DNA of 32,000 nt from Candidatus Electrothrix sp. GW3-4 (lineage in GTDB: Bacteria; Desulfobacterota; Desulfobulbia; Desulfobulbales; Desulfobulbaceae): assembly GCF_037902255.1 (NCBI RefSeq), contig NZ_CP147990.1:210001-242000 (forward strand). The letters are read 5' to 3'. The position numbers were made by a program, and so were the translations under genes. Every line of letters starts with the position of its first letter. Within the stretch, counting starts at the first letter, position 1. The notes under the pieces are model-generated. The model was not told where the DNA came from. It did no database searches and saw nothing but the letters and a program-made list of their open reading frames with translations. Below, piece by piece: positions 7,611 to 16,077 of the stretch.

Positions 7611-8028
7611 CTCTTCGCCTTTTGTCGTCAGGTAGCTGGTTCACCTGCTTGCCAATGGCTCCTTCGCCTTGGGCGATGTTCATGTCTCCATTGCCGCTGT
7701 GGGCGTAGACATCGCCATGCACATCACCGCCTACCGCCACACCGCCCTGTACCGCCTGCGCTCCTTTAAGCTTTTCCTTCAATTGTCTCGCCGCAGTCAG
7801 TACCTCCTCATCCTTATCCGCCCCGACCTTTGCCAACTCCTCGGCAACAACGGCCTTCCGCGCAGGAGAGTCCGGGTTATTCTCCAACTGCTCCACTGCT
7901 TCGGCTAGTGCGCTCTTTTCCCCGAACTTGCCTTGCAGCAGTTCCTTCAACTTGGTGTAACCATGCTTTACGCCTTCCAGGCCCAGGCTACCCACCGCAG
8001 ACGCAATTGCGGAAGTGATAAAGTCCAT
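7591..8028 (-). CDS. Small protein (145 aa): a ~90-aa helical N-domain (Bell-like, putative effector) plus a C-terminal motif shared with the TPR protein
   Basis: I preferred ATG 8028 over the ORF-track start at 8262 because GGAGGA lies 6 nt upstream of it. The C-terminal sequence is GGVAVGGDVHGDVYAHSGNGDMNIAQGEGAIGKQVN. The stop overlaps the TPR gene start by 20 nt. Confidence 0.75.
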   Translation of the reverse strand: MDFITSAIASAVGSLGLEGVKHGYTKLKELLQGKFGEKSALAEAVEQLENNPDSPARKAVVAEELAKVGADKDEEVLTAARQLKEKLKGAQAVQGGVAVGGDVHGDVYAHSGNGDMNIAQGEGAIGKQVNQLPDDKRRRDEEEEK

Positions 8029-8248
8029 GTTCGTTCCTCCATTCATTTGAATTCTATCGGCAATATCCCCCTCATCATAACCCGACATCCTATCTCCTGC
8101 ACCGGAAATATTCCCCCGAACAAGCCAAAAACATCCTTGAGGAAAACCTCCCGCAACTGTATGATGGCTTGAACGGAACATGGTGCAGTTGCACAGGAAG
8201 AGGCATGCACTGCTCCAGCTCATTGACCCCTTGCCCCTGAGTGACGCA

Positions 8249-8803
8249 ATGAAAAAAGACAAGAAGAGGAGATCAAAGCCGGTTGAACTGCTGAGAGCGG
8301 TCTACAGTGCCGCAATGCTCTTCTGCATCCCCGGACTTATTATTACCTTTATCTCACCGACGTTCATCATCAAGTTTGACCGCATCAATCAGGAGCGTGT
8401 CGATGCGACCGTCACCCGACAGCTCCTCTTTCTTATTCCGGCCTTTAAGGAGACAGCTGTGGATATCCGGGACATGAAGTCGGAAACGATGCACGGCAAG
8501 GCCATCCGTGAAGGCAGCAGAACAACAGGCAGGATTGTCGGCAATGCAGAGGACGAAGGTGTCCTTCAGCTGAACAGTCGGTCAGGGGCACCTGTATCCC
8601 TGTCTGTCTCTCCGGTAAACCTTGATGATATTGAGGAAGAGATCAGTTCCTTTATCAATGAAAGCAAGGAGCCGTCCCAGCACTTGTGGGTGACGTCCAA
8701 CTGGAAGTTCGGTGTGCTGTTGCCCGGTGCAATCCTGCTGTTCAGTCTGATAGTCTTTATTATGGCCGTCCGGTCGATCCTTACCGGCAAGACGTTGGAG
8801 TGA
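8249..8803 (+). CDS. Bitopic membrane protein (N- and C-terminal TM helices, central soluble domain), unknown family; paralogue of 29145-29675
   Basis: I chose the start at ATG 8249 (MKKDKKRRSK), which parallels MKKGSKKESR of the paralogue. The TM segments are AAMLFCIPGLIITFISPTFII and FGVLLPGAILLFSLIVFIMAV. Confidence 0.65.
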   Translation: MKKDKKRRSKPVELLRAVYSAAMLFCIPGLIITFISPTFIIKFDRINQERVDATVTRQLLFLIPAFKETAVDIRDMKSETMHGKAIREGSRTTGRIVGNAEDEGVLQLNSRSGAPVSLSVSPVNLDDIEEEISSFINESKEPSQHLWVTSNWKFGVLLPGAILLFSLIVFIMAVRSILTGKTLE

Positions 8804-8849
8804 AGCCATACCTCCCCTATCTTCTGCAACCTTCTTTGAATAAATTCCC

Positions 8850-11693
8850 GTGACCTCCGAACCCAAATACATCTCCGTGCGCGGCGCACGGATGCACAAC
8901 CTGAAGAACATCTCCGTCGATCTGCCCCGCAATCAGCTGGTGGTCTTCACCGGCCTGTCCGGCTCCGGCAAATCCACCCTAGCCTTTGACACCCTCTATG
9001 CCGAGGGCCAGCGCCGCTACGTGGAATCCCTGTCCACCTATGCCCGCCAGTTTCTCGGGCAGATGGACAAGCCGGACGTGGATCTGCTGGAGGGCCTGTC
9101 GCCAGCGGTCTCCATTGAGCAGAAGACCACCTCGAAGAATCCGCGTTCCACGGTGGGCACGGTGACCGAGATCTACGATCATCTCCGCCTCCTCTTTGCC
9201 CGGGCCGGTCAGCCCCATTGCCCCAAATGCGGGGAGGCCATCAGTTCTCAGTCCATTGAGGACATGGTCAATACTCTGCTGAATCGTTCTGAGGAGGCGG
9301 AACGACCGGAGAAGGTCATCCTGCTCTCTCCGCTGGTGGTTCGCAAAAAGGGCAGTCACGAGCAGATCCTTCAGGAGCTGCGCAAGGACGGCTATGTCCG
9401 GGTGCGGGTGGACGGCGAAGTTCGTGCCCTGAGCGAGGAGGTCAAACTGAACAAGAATACCTTTCATTCCATTGAGGTAGTGGTGGATCGAGTGGTGCTC
9501 AAGCCGGGCATTCGGCGACGGCTGGATGAATCGGTGTCCACGGCAGTGGGCCTGAGTGAGGGTACCATGCTGGTCCAGTTCCCGGACAGCGGCGAGGAGG
9601 TGCTCTTTTCTGAATCAGCGGCCTGTCATGCCTGCGGCATCTCTGTGCAGGAGCTCTCCACCCAGCTCTTTTCCTTTAATAATCCCCAAGGGGCCTGCCC
9701 GGAATGTAGCGGTCTGGGCGTGAAGCAGGTCTTTGCCGAGCAGCTCATCGTGCCTGACCCGCGCCTCCCGCTGGATCAGGGGGCCATTGCCCCGTGGTCG
9801 CGGCGCAAGCTGGCCACCCATAATGCCCAGTGGATACAGGCCCTGGCCAGCCATTACGGTTTTGATCCGGCAATGCCCTTTCACAAGCTCTCGGACGAAG
9901 TCAAGCAGGCTTTGCTCTACGGTACCGGTCAGCAGCGCATCGAGTTCCGCTACAGCCGGGGCAACCGACGCCTGGTTTCTCAGATTCCCTTTGAGGGCAT
10001 TATCCCCCGCATGGACCGCCTGTTCCGGGAGACCAGTTCTTCAAGGGTGCGGGAGGAGACCGCCCGTTTTATGAAGGAGCAGCCCTGCCCGGTCTGTCAT
10101 GGCGACCGGCTCAAGCCCGAGGCCCTGGCGGTGCGGGTCGGGGGGCGCAGTATTATTGATCTCACCCGGATGTCCATTGATCACCTGATTGCAGAGCTGC
10201 ACGGCATGACCTTCAGCGGGCATTATCAGATGATTGCCGAACCCGTACTCAAGGAAGTGCAGGAGCGGCTGGGCTTCCTGCACGGAGTGGGCCTGGGCTA
10301 TCTTTCTCTGGAGCGCAAGGCGGGCACACTGTCCGGCGGCGAGGCCCAGCGGATCAGGCTGGCCTCCCAGATCGGTTCCCGGCTGGCAGGGGTTCTTTAT
10401 ATTCTGGATGAACCCAGCATCGGTCTCCATCAGCGCGATAATAATAAGCTGATCAAGACCCTGTTGAGCCTCCGTGATCTGGGCAATACGGTCATCGTGG
10501 TGGAGCACGACACTGACACCATTGCAGCGGCGGATCATATCCTGGATATCGGCCCCGGTGCCGGGGTGCATGGCGGCGAGATCCTCTACTCCGGCCCGGT
10601 CCCGGGCCTGCTGGATTGCCCGGACTCCCTGACCGGCGGCTATCTCTCCGGCAGGCTGTCCATCGCCATTCCCAAGAAACGGCGCAAGATACGCAAGGGA
10701 GCCAAGTACGGCCTGACCGTCAAGGGCGCGACCGTCAATAATCTTTGTGATATGACCGTCCGCTTTCCTCTGGGCGTGATGACCTGCGTCACCGGGGTGT
10801 CCGGCTCGGGCAAGAGTTCCCTGGTCATGGAGACCCTGTATAATGAGGCCCACGCCGTGCTTCAGGATGGCGACAGGCCCGGACTGCTGCACGGGCTGGA
10901 GCAGCTGGATAAGGTCATTGATATTGACCAGAGTCCCATCGGGCGGACACCGCGCTCCAATCCGGCCACCTATACCGGGGTGCTCACGCCAATCCGGGAG
11001 CTGCTGGCCCGCCTGCCTGAGTCCAGGGCACGGGGCTATAAGCTGGGGCGTTTCAGCTTCAACATCAAGGGCGGTCGTTGTGAAGCCTGTGAGGGCGACG
11101 GGGTGCTGCGTATCGCCATGCACTTCCTGCCGGATATCTACGTCACCTGCGAGACCTGTCAGGGCAGACGCTATAACCGGGAGACTCTGGAGATCAAGTA
11201 TCGGGGCAAGAATATCGCCGACATCCTGGAAATGACCGTGGAAGAGGCCCTGGACTTTTTCCAGAATATCCCGCCCATCAAGAACCGGCTCCAGACCGTG
11301 CTGGATGTGGGGCTGGGCTACATCACCCTGGGCCAGTCCTCAGTGACCCTGTCCGGGGGCGAGGCCCAGCGGGTCAAGCTGGCCCGTGAGTTGAGCAAAC
11401 GTTCCACCGGTCAGACCCTGTACATCCTGGACGAACCCACCACCGGCCTGCATCCGGCGGATATCCAGCACCTGCTGCTGGTGCTCAACCGACTGGTGGA
11501 CAGCGGTAATACCGTGGTGGTGATTGAGCATAATCTGGATGTGATCAAGACGGCGGATCATATTATTGATATCGGCCCGGAAGGTGGGGATGGGGGCGGG
11601 CAGGTGGTGGCCTGCGGTACGCCGGAGGAAGTGGCGGAGGTGCCGGAGTCGTTTACCGGGCGGTTTTTGCGGCAGGTTTTGGGGGAGGGGTAG
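8850..11693 (+). CDS. uvrA: Excinuclease ABC subunit A (UvrA)
   Basis: The 947-aa product has two ABC ATPase modules ([28 protein letters not shown] and [10 protein letters not shown]), zinc-finger Cys clusters and LSGGE signatures. Start codon is GTG. Confidence 0.97.
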   Translation: MTSEPKYISVRGARMHNLKNISVDLPRNQLVVFTGLSGSGKSTLAFDTLYAEGQRRYVESLSTYARQFLGQMDKPDVDLLEGLSPAVSIEQKTTSKNPRSTVGTVTEIYDHLRLLFARAGQPHCPKCGEAISSQSIEDMVNTLLNRSEEAERPEKVILLSPLVVRKKGSHEQILQELRKDGYVRVRVDGEVRALSEEVKLNKNTFHSIEVVVDRVVLKPGIRRRLDESVSTAVGLSEGTMLVQFPDSGEEVLFSESAACHACGISVQELSTQLFSFNNPQGACPECSGLGVKQVFAEQLIVPDPRLPLDQGAIAPWSRRKLATHNAQWIQALASHYGFDPAMPFHKLSDEVKQALLYGTGQQRIEFRYSRGNRRLVSQIPFEGIIPRMDRLFRETSSSRVREETARFMKEQPCPVCHGDRLKPEALAVRVGGRSIIDLTRMSIDHLIAELHGMTFSGHYQMIAEPVLKEVQERLGFLHGVGLGYLSLERKAGTLSGGEAQRIRLASQIGSRLAGVLYILDEPSIGLHQRDNNKLIKTLLSLRDLGNTVIVVEHDTDTIAAADHILDIGPGAGVHGGEILYSGPVPGLLDCPDSLTGGYLSGRLSIAIPKKRRKIRKGAKYGLTVKGATVNNLCDMTVRFPLGVMTCVTGVSGSGKSSLVMETLYNEAHAVLQDGDRPGLLHGLEQLDKVIDIDQSPIGRTPRSNPATYTGVLTPIRELLARLPESRARGYKLGRFSFNIKGGRCEACEGDGVLRIAMHFLPDIYVTCETCQGRRYNRETLEIKYRGKNIADILEMTVEEALDFFQNIPPIKNRLQTVLDVGLGYITLGQSSVTLSGGEAQRVKLARELSKRSTGQTLYILDEPTTGLHPADIQHLLLVLNRLVDSGNTVVVIEHNLDVIKTADHIIDIGPEGGDGGGQVVACGTPEEVAEVPESFTGRFLRQVLGEG

Positions 11694-12956
11694 GAGTGCA
11701 AGGGCTGCACTCCCATAGGGTTCACCCATCGCATCATTTTTTATACCAAGCACCTTGGATATAGGGATACATATCATCGTCATGCTGTTGCCTGATGTGT
11801 CAATAGCAATCCGGGGTAAATCCGTAAGATTCGCATCATCGGGCTTAATAAGCTGGGCTGTCCTCCAACCGGTGTTTGCATCATAGCGGTTGGCCCAGAC
11901 GTTTCGCTGGAACGTGACGGCACGGCCTTCCATCATCCAGACGACCAAAGCATTGCCCGATCCATCAAAGGCAACTTGTGACTCACCCGCAGGGTATTTC
12001 TCGTTGGTTTCGATAAGGCGGGCACCTTCCCAGCCGCTCTCCGGTACGTAGCGATTGGCCCAGATACTGTCGTTAAGGGATGTTCCATCATCCTGTTCCC
12101 AGACAGCAAGGGCATGGCCTGATTTATCAACGGCAATCTGGGGAGACCCCGCATTCCCTGCATCTTTAATTGAGATAAATTGAGCAGTACCCCATCCACT
12201 GCCTGCATCGTAGCGGTTGGCCCAGATGTTCCAAGAATCATCATCGCTGTCTTGGCTGTTAGTTTGTTGAACCCAGACTGCCAAAGCGTTGCCTGATTCA
12301 TCAAAGGCGATTTTCGGGGCACCTCCGGCATATCCTGCATGGGTTTCGATGGGACGGGACTTTTCCCAGCCACTGTCCATCACATAGCGATTGGCCCGGA
12401 TATTGTATGTGGTGCCGTCATATTGCTCCCAGACAACCAAAGCATTGCCTGCATCGTCAGAAGCGATATCGGGGTGTCGCGCCGTTTCCGTTTCAGTTTC
12501 GATAAGTTGAGCTGTCCCCCAACCAGTAGTTGCATCATAGCGGTTGGCCCAGATGCTGCCAGCCTCCCAGACAACCAAGGCATTACCTGCTGCATCCACA
12601 GCAACCCGGGGAGTTGCCCCCCCTTCATTATTGATACTGATGAGCTGTGCTGTGCCCCAAGTTTCGGTTGCTTTGTCATAGCGGTTGGCCCATATGCCAT
12701 AATGCCGTCCCCAGACAACAAAGGCATTACCTGCTGAATCCACAGCAACTTGGGGGTCTTCTGCATTAGCATACTGAACACTGATGAGTTGGGCAGGCTG
12801 CCAGGATCGTTCAGCCGGTTGCTTTTTCACCGATTCCGTCGGGCTGTCGGGTTTGGACAGATGAGCATGAATTTTATCTGCCTGGAGAGCAAGGCAGAGA
12901 GTAAGAAGAATGGCCGGACTCAAAATAGAACGAGTAGTAAGGGAACAGAATCTCAT
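11340..12956 (-). CDS. Secreted repeat protein with six ~45-55-aa blade-like repeats (GNALVVW...IWANRY...GWGTAQLIE), probably a beta-propeller; the 3' end is uncertain
   Basis: GGAGGAG SD lies 4 nt before ATG 12956. The signal peptide is [31 protein letters not shown]. Six repeats are read directly. The ORF has no stop until 11340, which is inside uvrA on the antisense strand. Confidence 0.7.
   Translation of the reverse strand: MRFCSLTTRSILSPAILLTLCLALQADKIHAHLSKPDSPTESVKKQPAERSWQPAQLISVQYANAEDPQVAVDSAGNAFVVWGRHYGIWANRYDKATETWGTAQLISINNEGGATPRVAVDAAGNALVVWEAGSIWANRYDATTGWGTAQLIETETETARHPDIASDDAGNALVVWEQYDGTTYNIRANRYVMDSGWEKSRPIETHAGYAGGAPKIAFDESGNALAVWVQQTNSQDSDDDSWNIWANRYDAGSGWGTAQFISIKDAGNAGSPQIAVDKSGHALAVWEQDDGTSLNDSIWANRYVPESGWEGARLIETNEKYPAGESQVAFDGSGNALVVWMMEGRAVTFQRNVWANRYDANTGWRTAQLIKPDDANLTDLPRIAIDTSGNSMTMICIPISKVLGIKNDAMGEPYGSAALALLPLPQNLPQKPPGKRLRHLRHFLRRTAGHHLPAPIPTFRADINNMIRRLDHIQIMLNHHHGITAVHQSVEHQQQVLDIRRMQAGGGFVQDVQGLTGGTFAQLTGQLDPLGLAPGQGH
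11694..11712 (+). terminator. Hairpin GAGTGCA-AGGGC-TGCACTC immediately after the uvrA stop
   Basis: A 7-bp perfect stem with a 5-nt loop is read directly. No U-tract follows, so it may not be an intrinsic terminator. Confidence 0.3.
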
Positions 12957-13295
12957 GTTATCTCCTCCAGAAATATGTAATAAGAAAATTTGTTGTGTAT
13001 CTTGAGAATACAGCCCGGAAGGATAGCTTGTCAAATAGAGACCTGAATTGAGCGATTCTGTATACAGGTAACCAAGTATCCTTTTAATATAATAAGATAT
13101 TTGACAGATTCTTTTTTGACCCATTGGGTTAAGAGTTGTCTTGGGAGAATTTATGGAGTTACAGTAAGTTGCTTCATTTTTCAAAAAGAATCACTCAATT
13201 TAGGAGAGAGTAAATATTTCCATACGATATTCTGCCAGCTTAACAACGCACAGAACACAGCCCCTCTTTCCCATCCCCCTCCTCCACAACGTTCT

Positions 13296-13389
13296 CCCCA
13301 AGGGGCGCAAGGCAATCCCCTCGTGACGCAGGATGATCCCCAAGGGGCGCAAGGCAATCCCCTCGTGACGCACGATAATCCCCAAGGGG
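13296..13389 (+). repeat. 42-bp tandem repeat array 1 (2 full units plus the start of a third)
   Basis: Units start at 13296, 13338 and 13380. The unit is CCCCAAGGGGCGCAAGGCAATCCCCTCGTGACGCAsGATrAT. Confidence 0.9.
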
Positions 13390-13447
13390 AGGAACTTCCA
13401 CCCCTTCCGCACACCTTACCGGAACCTGCCTGCTGATTGCGTTCGGT
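13386..13447 (+). repeat. 62-bp element, copy 1 (direct repeat of 14123-14184)
   Basis: GGGGAGGAACTTCCACCCCTTCCGCACACCTTACCGGAACCTGCCTGCTGATTGCGTTCGGT differs from copy 2 at 4 positions. Confidence 0.85.
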
Positions 13448-13594
13448 TTTCCGGTAAGCAGTTGTCTCCCGCTGAACATCATATCCCACCATAATCCACA
13501 AGCAAGCAAAACAGAAAAAAACTTGACGAGACAAGCTGTTCTGTCTACCCTGATTGTATGAACAGGCAGAGGAAAATGACGGAGTCGGGTAGAT

Positions 13595-13867
13595 ATGCAT
13601 TTTGAGTGGGATCCGAACAAGGCAAGAATAAACCGGCGCAAACATGGTGTTACATTCGAGGAAGCATCCAGCGCCCTGCGTGATTCCTTTTCAGCGACTG
13701 CGTATGACCCTGACCATTCAGAAAATGAAGATCGCTTTGTGACTTTCGGCATGTCCTCAAAAGGCCGCCTGCTTACAGTGGCACACACAGAAAGAGGCAA
13801 TGCGATTCGCATTATATCGGCACGCCCGGCAACAAATTCGGAGAGGATAATTTATGAAGAAGGCTGA
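13595..13867 (+). CDS. brnT: BrnT-family (DUF497) toxin
   Basis: FEWDPNKARINRRKHGVTFEEA....IRIISARPATNSERIIYEE matches the BrnT/DUF497 pattern known to me. Confidence 0.85.
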   Translation: MHFEWDPNKARINRRKHGVTFEEASSALRDSFSATAYDPDHSENEDRFVTFGMSSKGRLLTVAHTERGNAIRIISARPATNSERIIYEEG

Positions 13868-14099
13868 ATCAGAGAAAGCGGATGAACTCCGACCCGAATA
13901 CAAGAGATCGGATTTTGGAAAAATTGTGCGTGGTAAATATGCGGACCGTATTAAAGAGGAATCCAACATTGTCCTTCTGGATCCCGATATTGCCCAAGCT
14001 TTTCCCAATGATAAAGCTGTGAATAATGCGCTTCGCTCTCTGCTGGAACTGGCAGCGGCATCAACCCGCTTGGTAAAGCATTCCAAGGTGCAGCAGTGA
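13854..14099 (+). CDS. Putative cognate antitoxin of BrnT (small protein in the BrnA position)
   Basis: The gene overlaps the brnT 3' end by 14 nt. It encodes 81 aa (EYKRSDFGKIVRGKYADRI...VLLDPDIAQAFPNDKAVNNALRSLL). The exact family was not identified. Confidence 0.6.
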   Translation: MKKAESEKADELRPEYKRSDFGKIVRGKYADRIKEESNIVLLDPDIAQAFPNDKAVNNALRSLLELAAASTRLVKHSKVQQ

Positions 14100-14122
14100 C
14101 AGGGGGCACGTTCATCTTCCGT

Positions 14123-14184
14123 GGGGAGGAACTTCCACCCCTTCCTCACACCTTACTGGAACCTGCCTGTTGATTGCGTTTGGT
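14123..14184 (+). repeat. 62-bp element, copy 2 (direct repeat of 13386-13447)
   Basis: GGGGAGGAACTTCCACCCCTTCCTCACACCTTACTGGAACCTGCCTGTTGATTGCGTTTGGT, read directly. Confidence 0.85.
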
Positions 14185-14265
14185 CTCCCTTGCTGAGCCA
14201 GGTATCCCTTGGTATAATTACACATTCCGATCTACTTATTTTTCCATAGCTTGAGGAGGATTCCC

Positions 14266-14499
14266 ATGACACTTACCGAGGTTATACCGCTTATTGATGC
14301 GCTTCCCCGCGTAGACAAGTTTGAACTGATGCGATTTATTTTGTCAAAGCTCTCAAAGGAAGAAGACACGGCTTCAATACCTCATGGTGCGCCTGCTGCG
14401 CAAAAGAAGAATGCCCTGCTGGATATTGTGGGAATGGCGGAGGGGGAGGAGGACGACGTTGCTCGGCAGCACGATAAATACCTGTACGGTGCGAAGTGA
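14266..14499 (+). CDS. Small antitoxin-like protein (VapB position)
   Basis: GAGGAGGA SD lies 5 nt before ATG 14266, which I preferred over TTG 14251. The 77-aa product has an acidic tail. Its stop overlaps the ATG of a PIN-domain remnant (TGATG). Confidence 0.5.
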   Translation: MTLTEVIPLIDALPRVDKFELMRFILSKLSKEEDTASIPHGAPAAQKKNALLDIVGMAEGEEDDVARQHDKYLYGAK

Positions 14500-14588
14500 T
14501 GGAGCGGGGCTTGCGTGAGTACAACATTCAGTACGCGTTTGCCTTTGACGAGCATTTCCGGCAGGCAGGGTTTCTGTTAAGGCCGTAG
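14499..14588 (+). pseudogene. vapC: VapC/PIN-domain toxin, C-terminal 29-codon remnant
   Basis: MERGLREYNIQYAFAFDEHFRQAGFLLRP* resembles the conserved PIN C-terminus (..FxFDxHFxQxGF..L) that carries the last acidic residue. The N-terminal ~100 aa are absent. Confidence 0.45.
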
Positions 14589-14602
14589 CAGGCAACGTTC
14601 AA

Positions 14603-14809
14603 ATGAGTGAAAGCATTATCAAGGAAGTACGCAGAGTACGCGAACAACATGCAGCCAGCATGGGCTATGATTTGGATCGGATTTATGACGCCCTGAAAGC
14701 CGGAGAGAGAAAGCATGCGGCGGAAGGATGGGCGGTTGTACCTCCACCGTCCGTACCGCCGCAGGAGCCTGATTTGGCATTACAGCGGACCCGCTTTGCT
14801 TGTCGATAA
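14603..14809 (+). CDS. Small hypothetical protein (68 aa)
   Basis: The ORF starts with ATG. The N-terminal half is helical (SESIIKEVRRVREQHAASMGYDLDRIYDALK). No family was recognised. Confidence 0.45.
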   Translation: MSESIIKEVRRVREQHAASMGYDLDRIYDALKAGERKHAAEGWAVVPPPSVPPQEPDLALQRTRFACR

Positions 14810-14937
14810 TCAGACGGGCAAGCGTCCTGATGTACTGCGCGAAGTGTTCAGATAATTTCGTGATGAGGCAGTGAGTGAACGGAGCGGTATGGCTTTATGA
14901 TTCTTGCAATTATGAGGACAAACCTGGAGGAATAATC

Positions 14938-15279
14938 ATGCGTGCTCTTACCTTGGCAGTCTCCTCCTGCGAAGAGACGAACCGACGTTTTCTTCAGGCA
15001 TTTGAGGGAAAGCCACATAGAAACCTGCTCATCTTCGAGTCTCCCTCCCTCCTTTTTACGCTGCTGACTGCCGAGCGATGGGATCTGCTGAAAATGATGA
15101 CCGGTGCCGGAGCAATAACGGTACGGGAAGCGGCGGAAAGGGTGGAGAAGGACATCCGGGCTGTGCAGGATGATGTGGACGCGCTGTTACAGGCGGGTAT
15201 TCTCCAGAAAAATGACAACGATGAGATAGAGTTCCCCTTTGACGCCGTGCATGTGGATTTTATGCTCAAGGCTGCGTAA
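14938..15279 (+). CDS. Winged-HTH DNA-binding protein of the antitoxin-type family (MarR-like); no recognisable partner toxin
   Basis: GGAGGA SD lies 7 nt before ATG 14938. The sequence is LLTAERWDLLKMMTGAGAITVREAAERVEKDIRAVQDDVDALLQAGIL. Confidence 0.6.
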   Translation: MRALTLAVSSCEETNRRFLQAFEGKPHRNLLIFESPSLLFTLLTAERWDLLKMMTGAGAITVREAAERVEKDIRAVQDDVDALLQAGILQKNDNDEIEFPFDAVHVDFMLKAA

Positions 15280-15341
15280 AAGGAGCAACCATGTTTTTGG
15301 CGAGGGTGCGCGTGGGAAGGAGATTTAACTTTATGCGTTTT

Positions 15342-15860
15342 TCATTCAATGTGTTTTCCAAGGTCGTTACGTGCGCACTTTAGAACCTCGGAGTAAGCAA
15401 ATGCCACTGCTTCGGATAAATTCCCAAGGCTGGGTTCGTTACGTGCGAAAAGTCTGACTTCATCAAGCTTTTTTGCTTCTCCAATTTTCATTTCCATTCC
15501 GAGGAACAGAGACATCTCAGCATTAAGTTTTTCGGATACACTGTTAATTTCTGCTCTTACATTTGAGGAACATACAATGGTTAATGATGTCATCCATGCT
15601 TGCGCCTCACTGATATCCTGAAACCATTGAGGCAAGTGTTCTTTCGATATGAAGGTGATACCATCTGCCGTGATCTGGGAACGACGGTTCAACACCTTCA
15701 GTAAATAACGAAGTGTGTTGGAGTATGCCTCCTCTTTTTTTGATAGCCGCCATTTCTTGTGGTCTCTTTTGGATTGCATTGTTTGTCCGATAATCGTCCC
15801 GATCATTCCTGCTATCGCTCCAATGCCTGCGCCAATTAATCCAGCTACTGCGGAGTCCAT
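15342..15860 (-). CDS. Hypothetical protein with an N-terminal glycine-zipper TM helix
   Basis: MDSAVAGLIGAGIGAIAGMIGTIIG is followed by a ~140-aa helical domain. Its GC content looks lower than that of its neighbours. Confidence 0.6.
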   Translation of the reverse strand: MDSAVAGLIGAGIGAIAGMIGTIIGQTMQSKRDHKKWRLSKKEEAYSNTLRYLLKVLNRRSQITADGITFISKEHLPQWFQDISEAQAWMTSLTIVCSSNVRAEINSVSEKLNAEMSLFLGMEMKIGEAKKLDEVRLFARNEPSLGNLSEAVAFAYSEVLKCARNDLGKHIE

Positions 15861-16077
15861 ATTCTACCTTAATTTGCAAAATACATGGTAACAAACTCTA
15901 GTGCCTATCCATAATTCCAGTGTTTCTACAGCATCATACTGTAATCGCCCTCTCGTTTATCTGCAAGCAATTTAACTGAGTTGTACCGGCGAGTTTTGCT
16001 GAAGACGAGCCGATAAAAAAGATACGGAACCTCGGAAAACAGGTACCCCTCCTCATCCCTCTGCTCCGAGGCGTTCT

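Noticed and set aside
8029-8262. N-terminal extension of the small helical protein to the ORF-track start at 8262 (223 aa).
   Set aside because: The extension (MSFFIASLRGKGSMSWSSACLFLCNC...) has no SD and looks non-genic. ATG 8028 has GGAGGA at optimal spacing and begins the helical domain.
8979-11123. Antisense or alternative-frame ORFs within uvrA (8979-9467 -, 9615-9884 -, 9733-10074 +, 10041-11123 -, 10843-11235 +).
   Set aside because: They lie entirely inside a confidently identified, highly conserved gene. Their products are Arg/Pro/Gly-rich, typical of off-frame translation of GC-rich coding DNA.
13101-13812. Long ORFs on both strands across repeat array 1 (13101-13436 +, 13181-13645 -, 13200-13412 -, 13240-13812 -), which would encode 14-aa repeat peptides such as PLGIIxRHEGIALR or NPQGAQGNPLVTHD.
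   Set aside because: The region is open in several frames on both strands simply because the 42-bp unit lacks stops. Differences between units show no synonymous-site bias. The starts are weak (TTG/GTG without SD). The same holds for 15934-16338 and 16147-16386 over array 2.
13386-14184. Integron gene cassette with attC sites, to explain the 62-bp repeats flanking brnT and its antitoxin.
   Set aside because: I could not find the GTTRRRY/RYYYAAC core sites or the imperfect R''-L''/L'-R' palindrome organisation in both copies. No intI integrase or attI is present in the window. It remains a formal possibility only.
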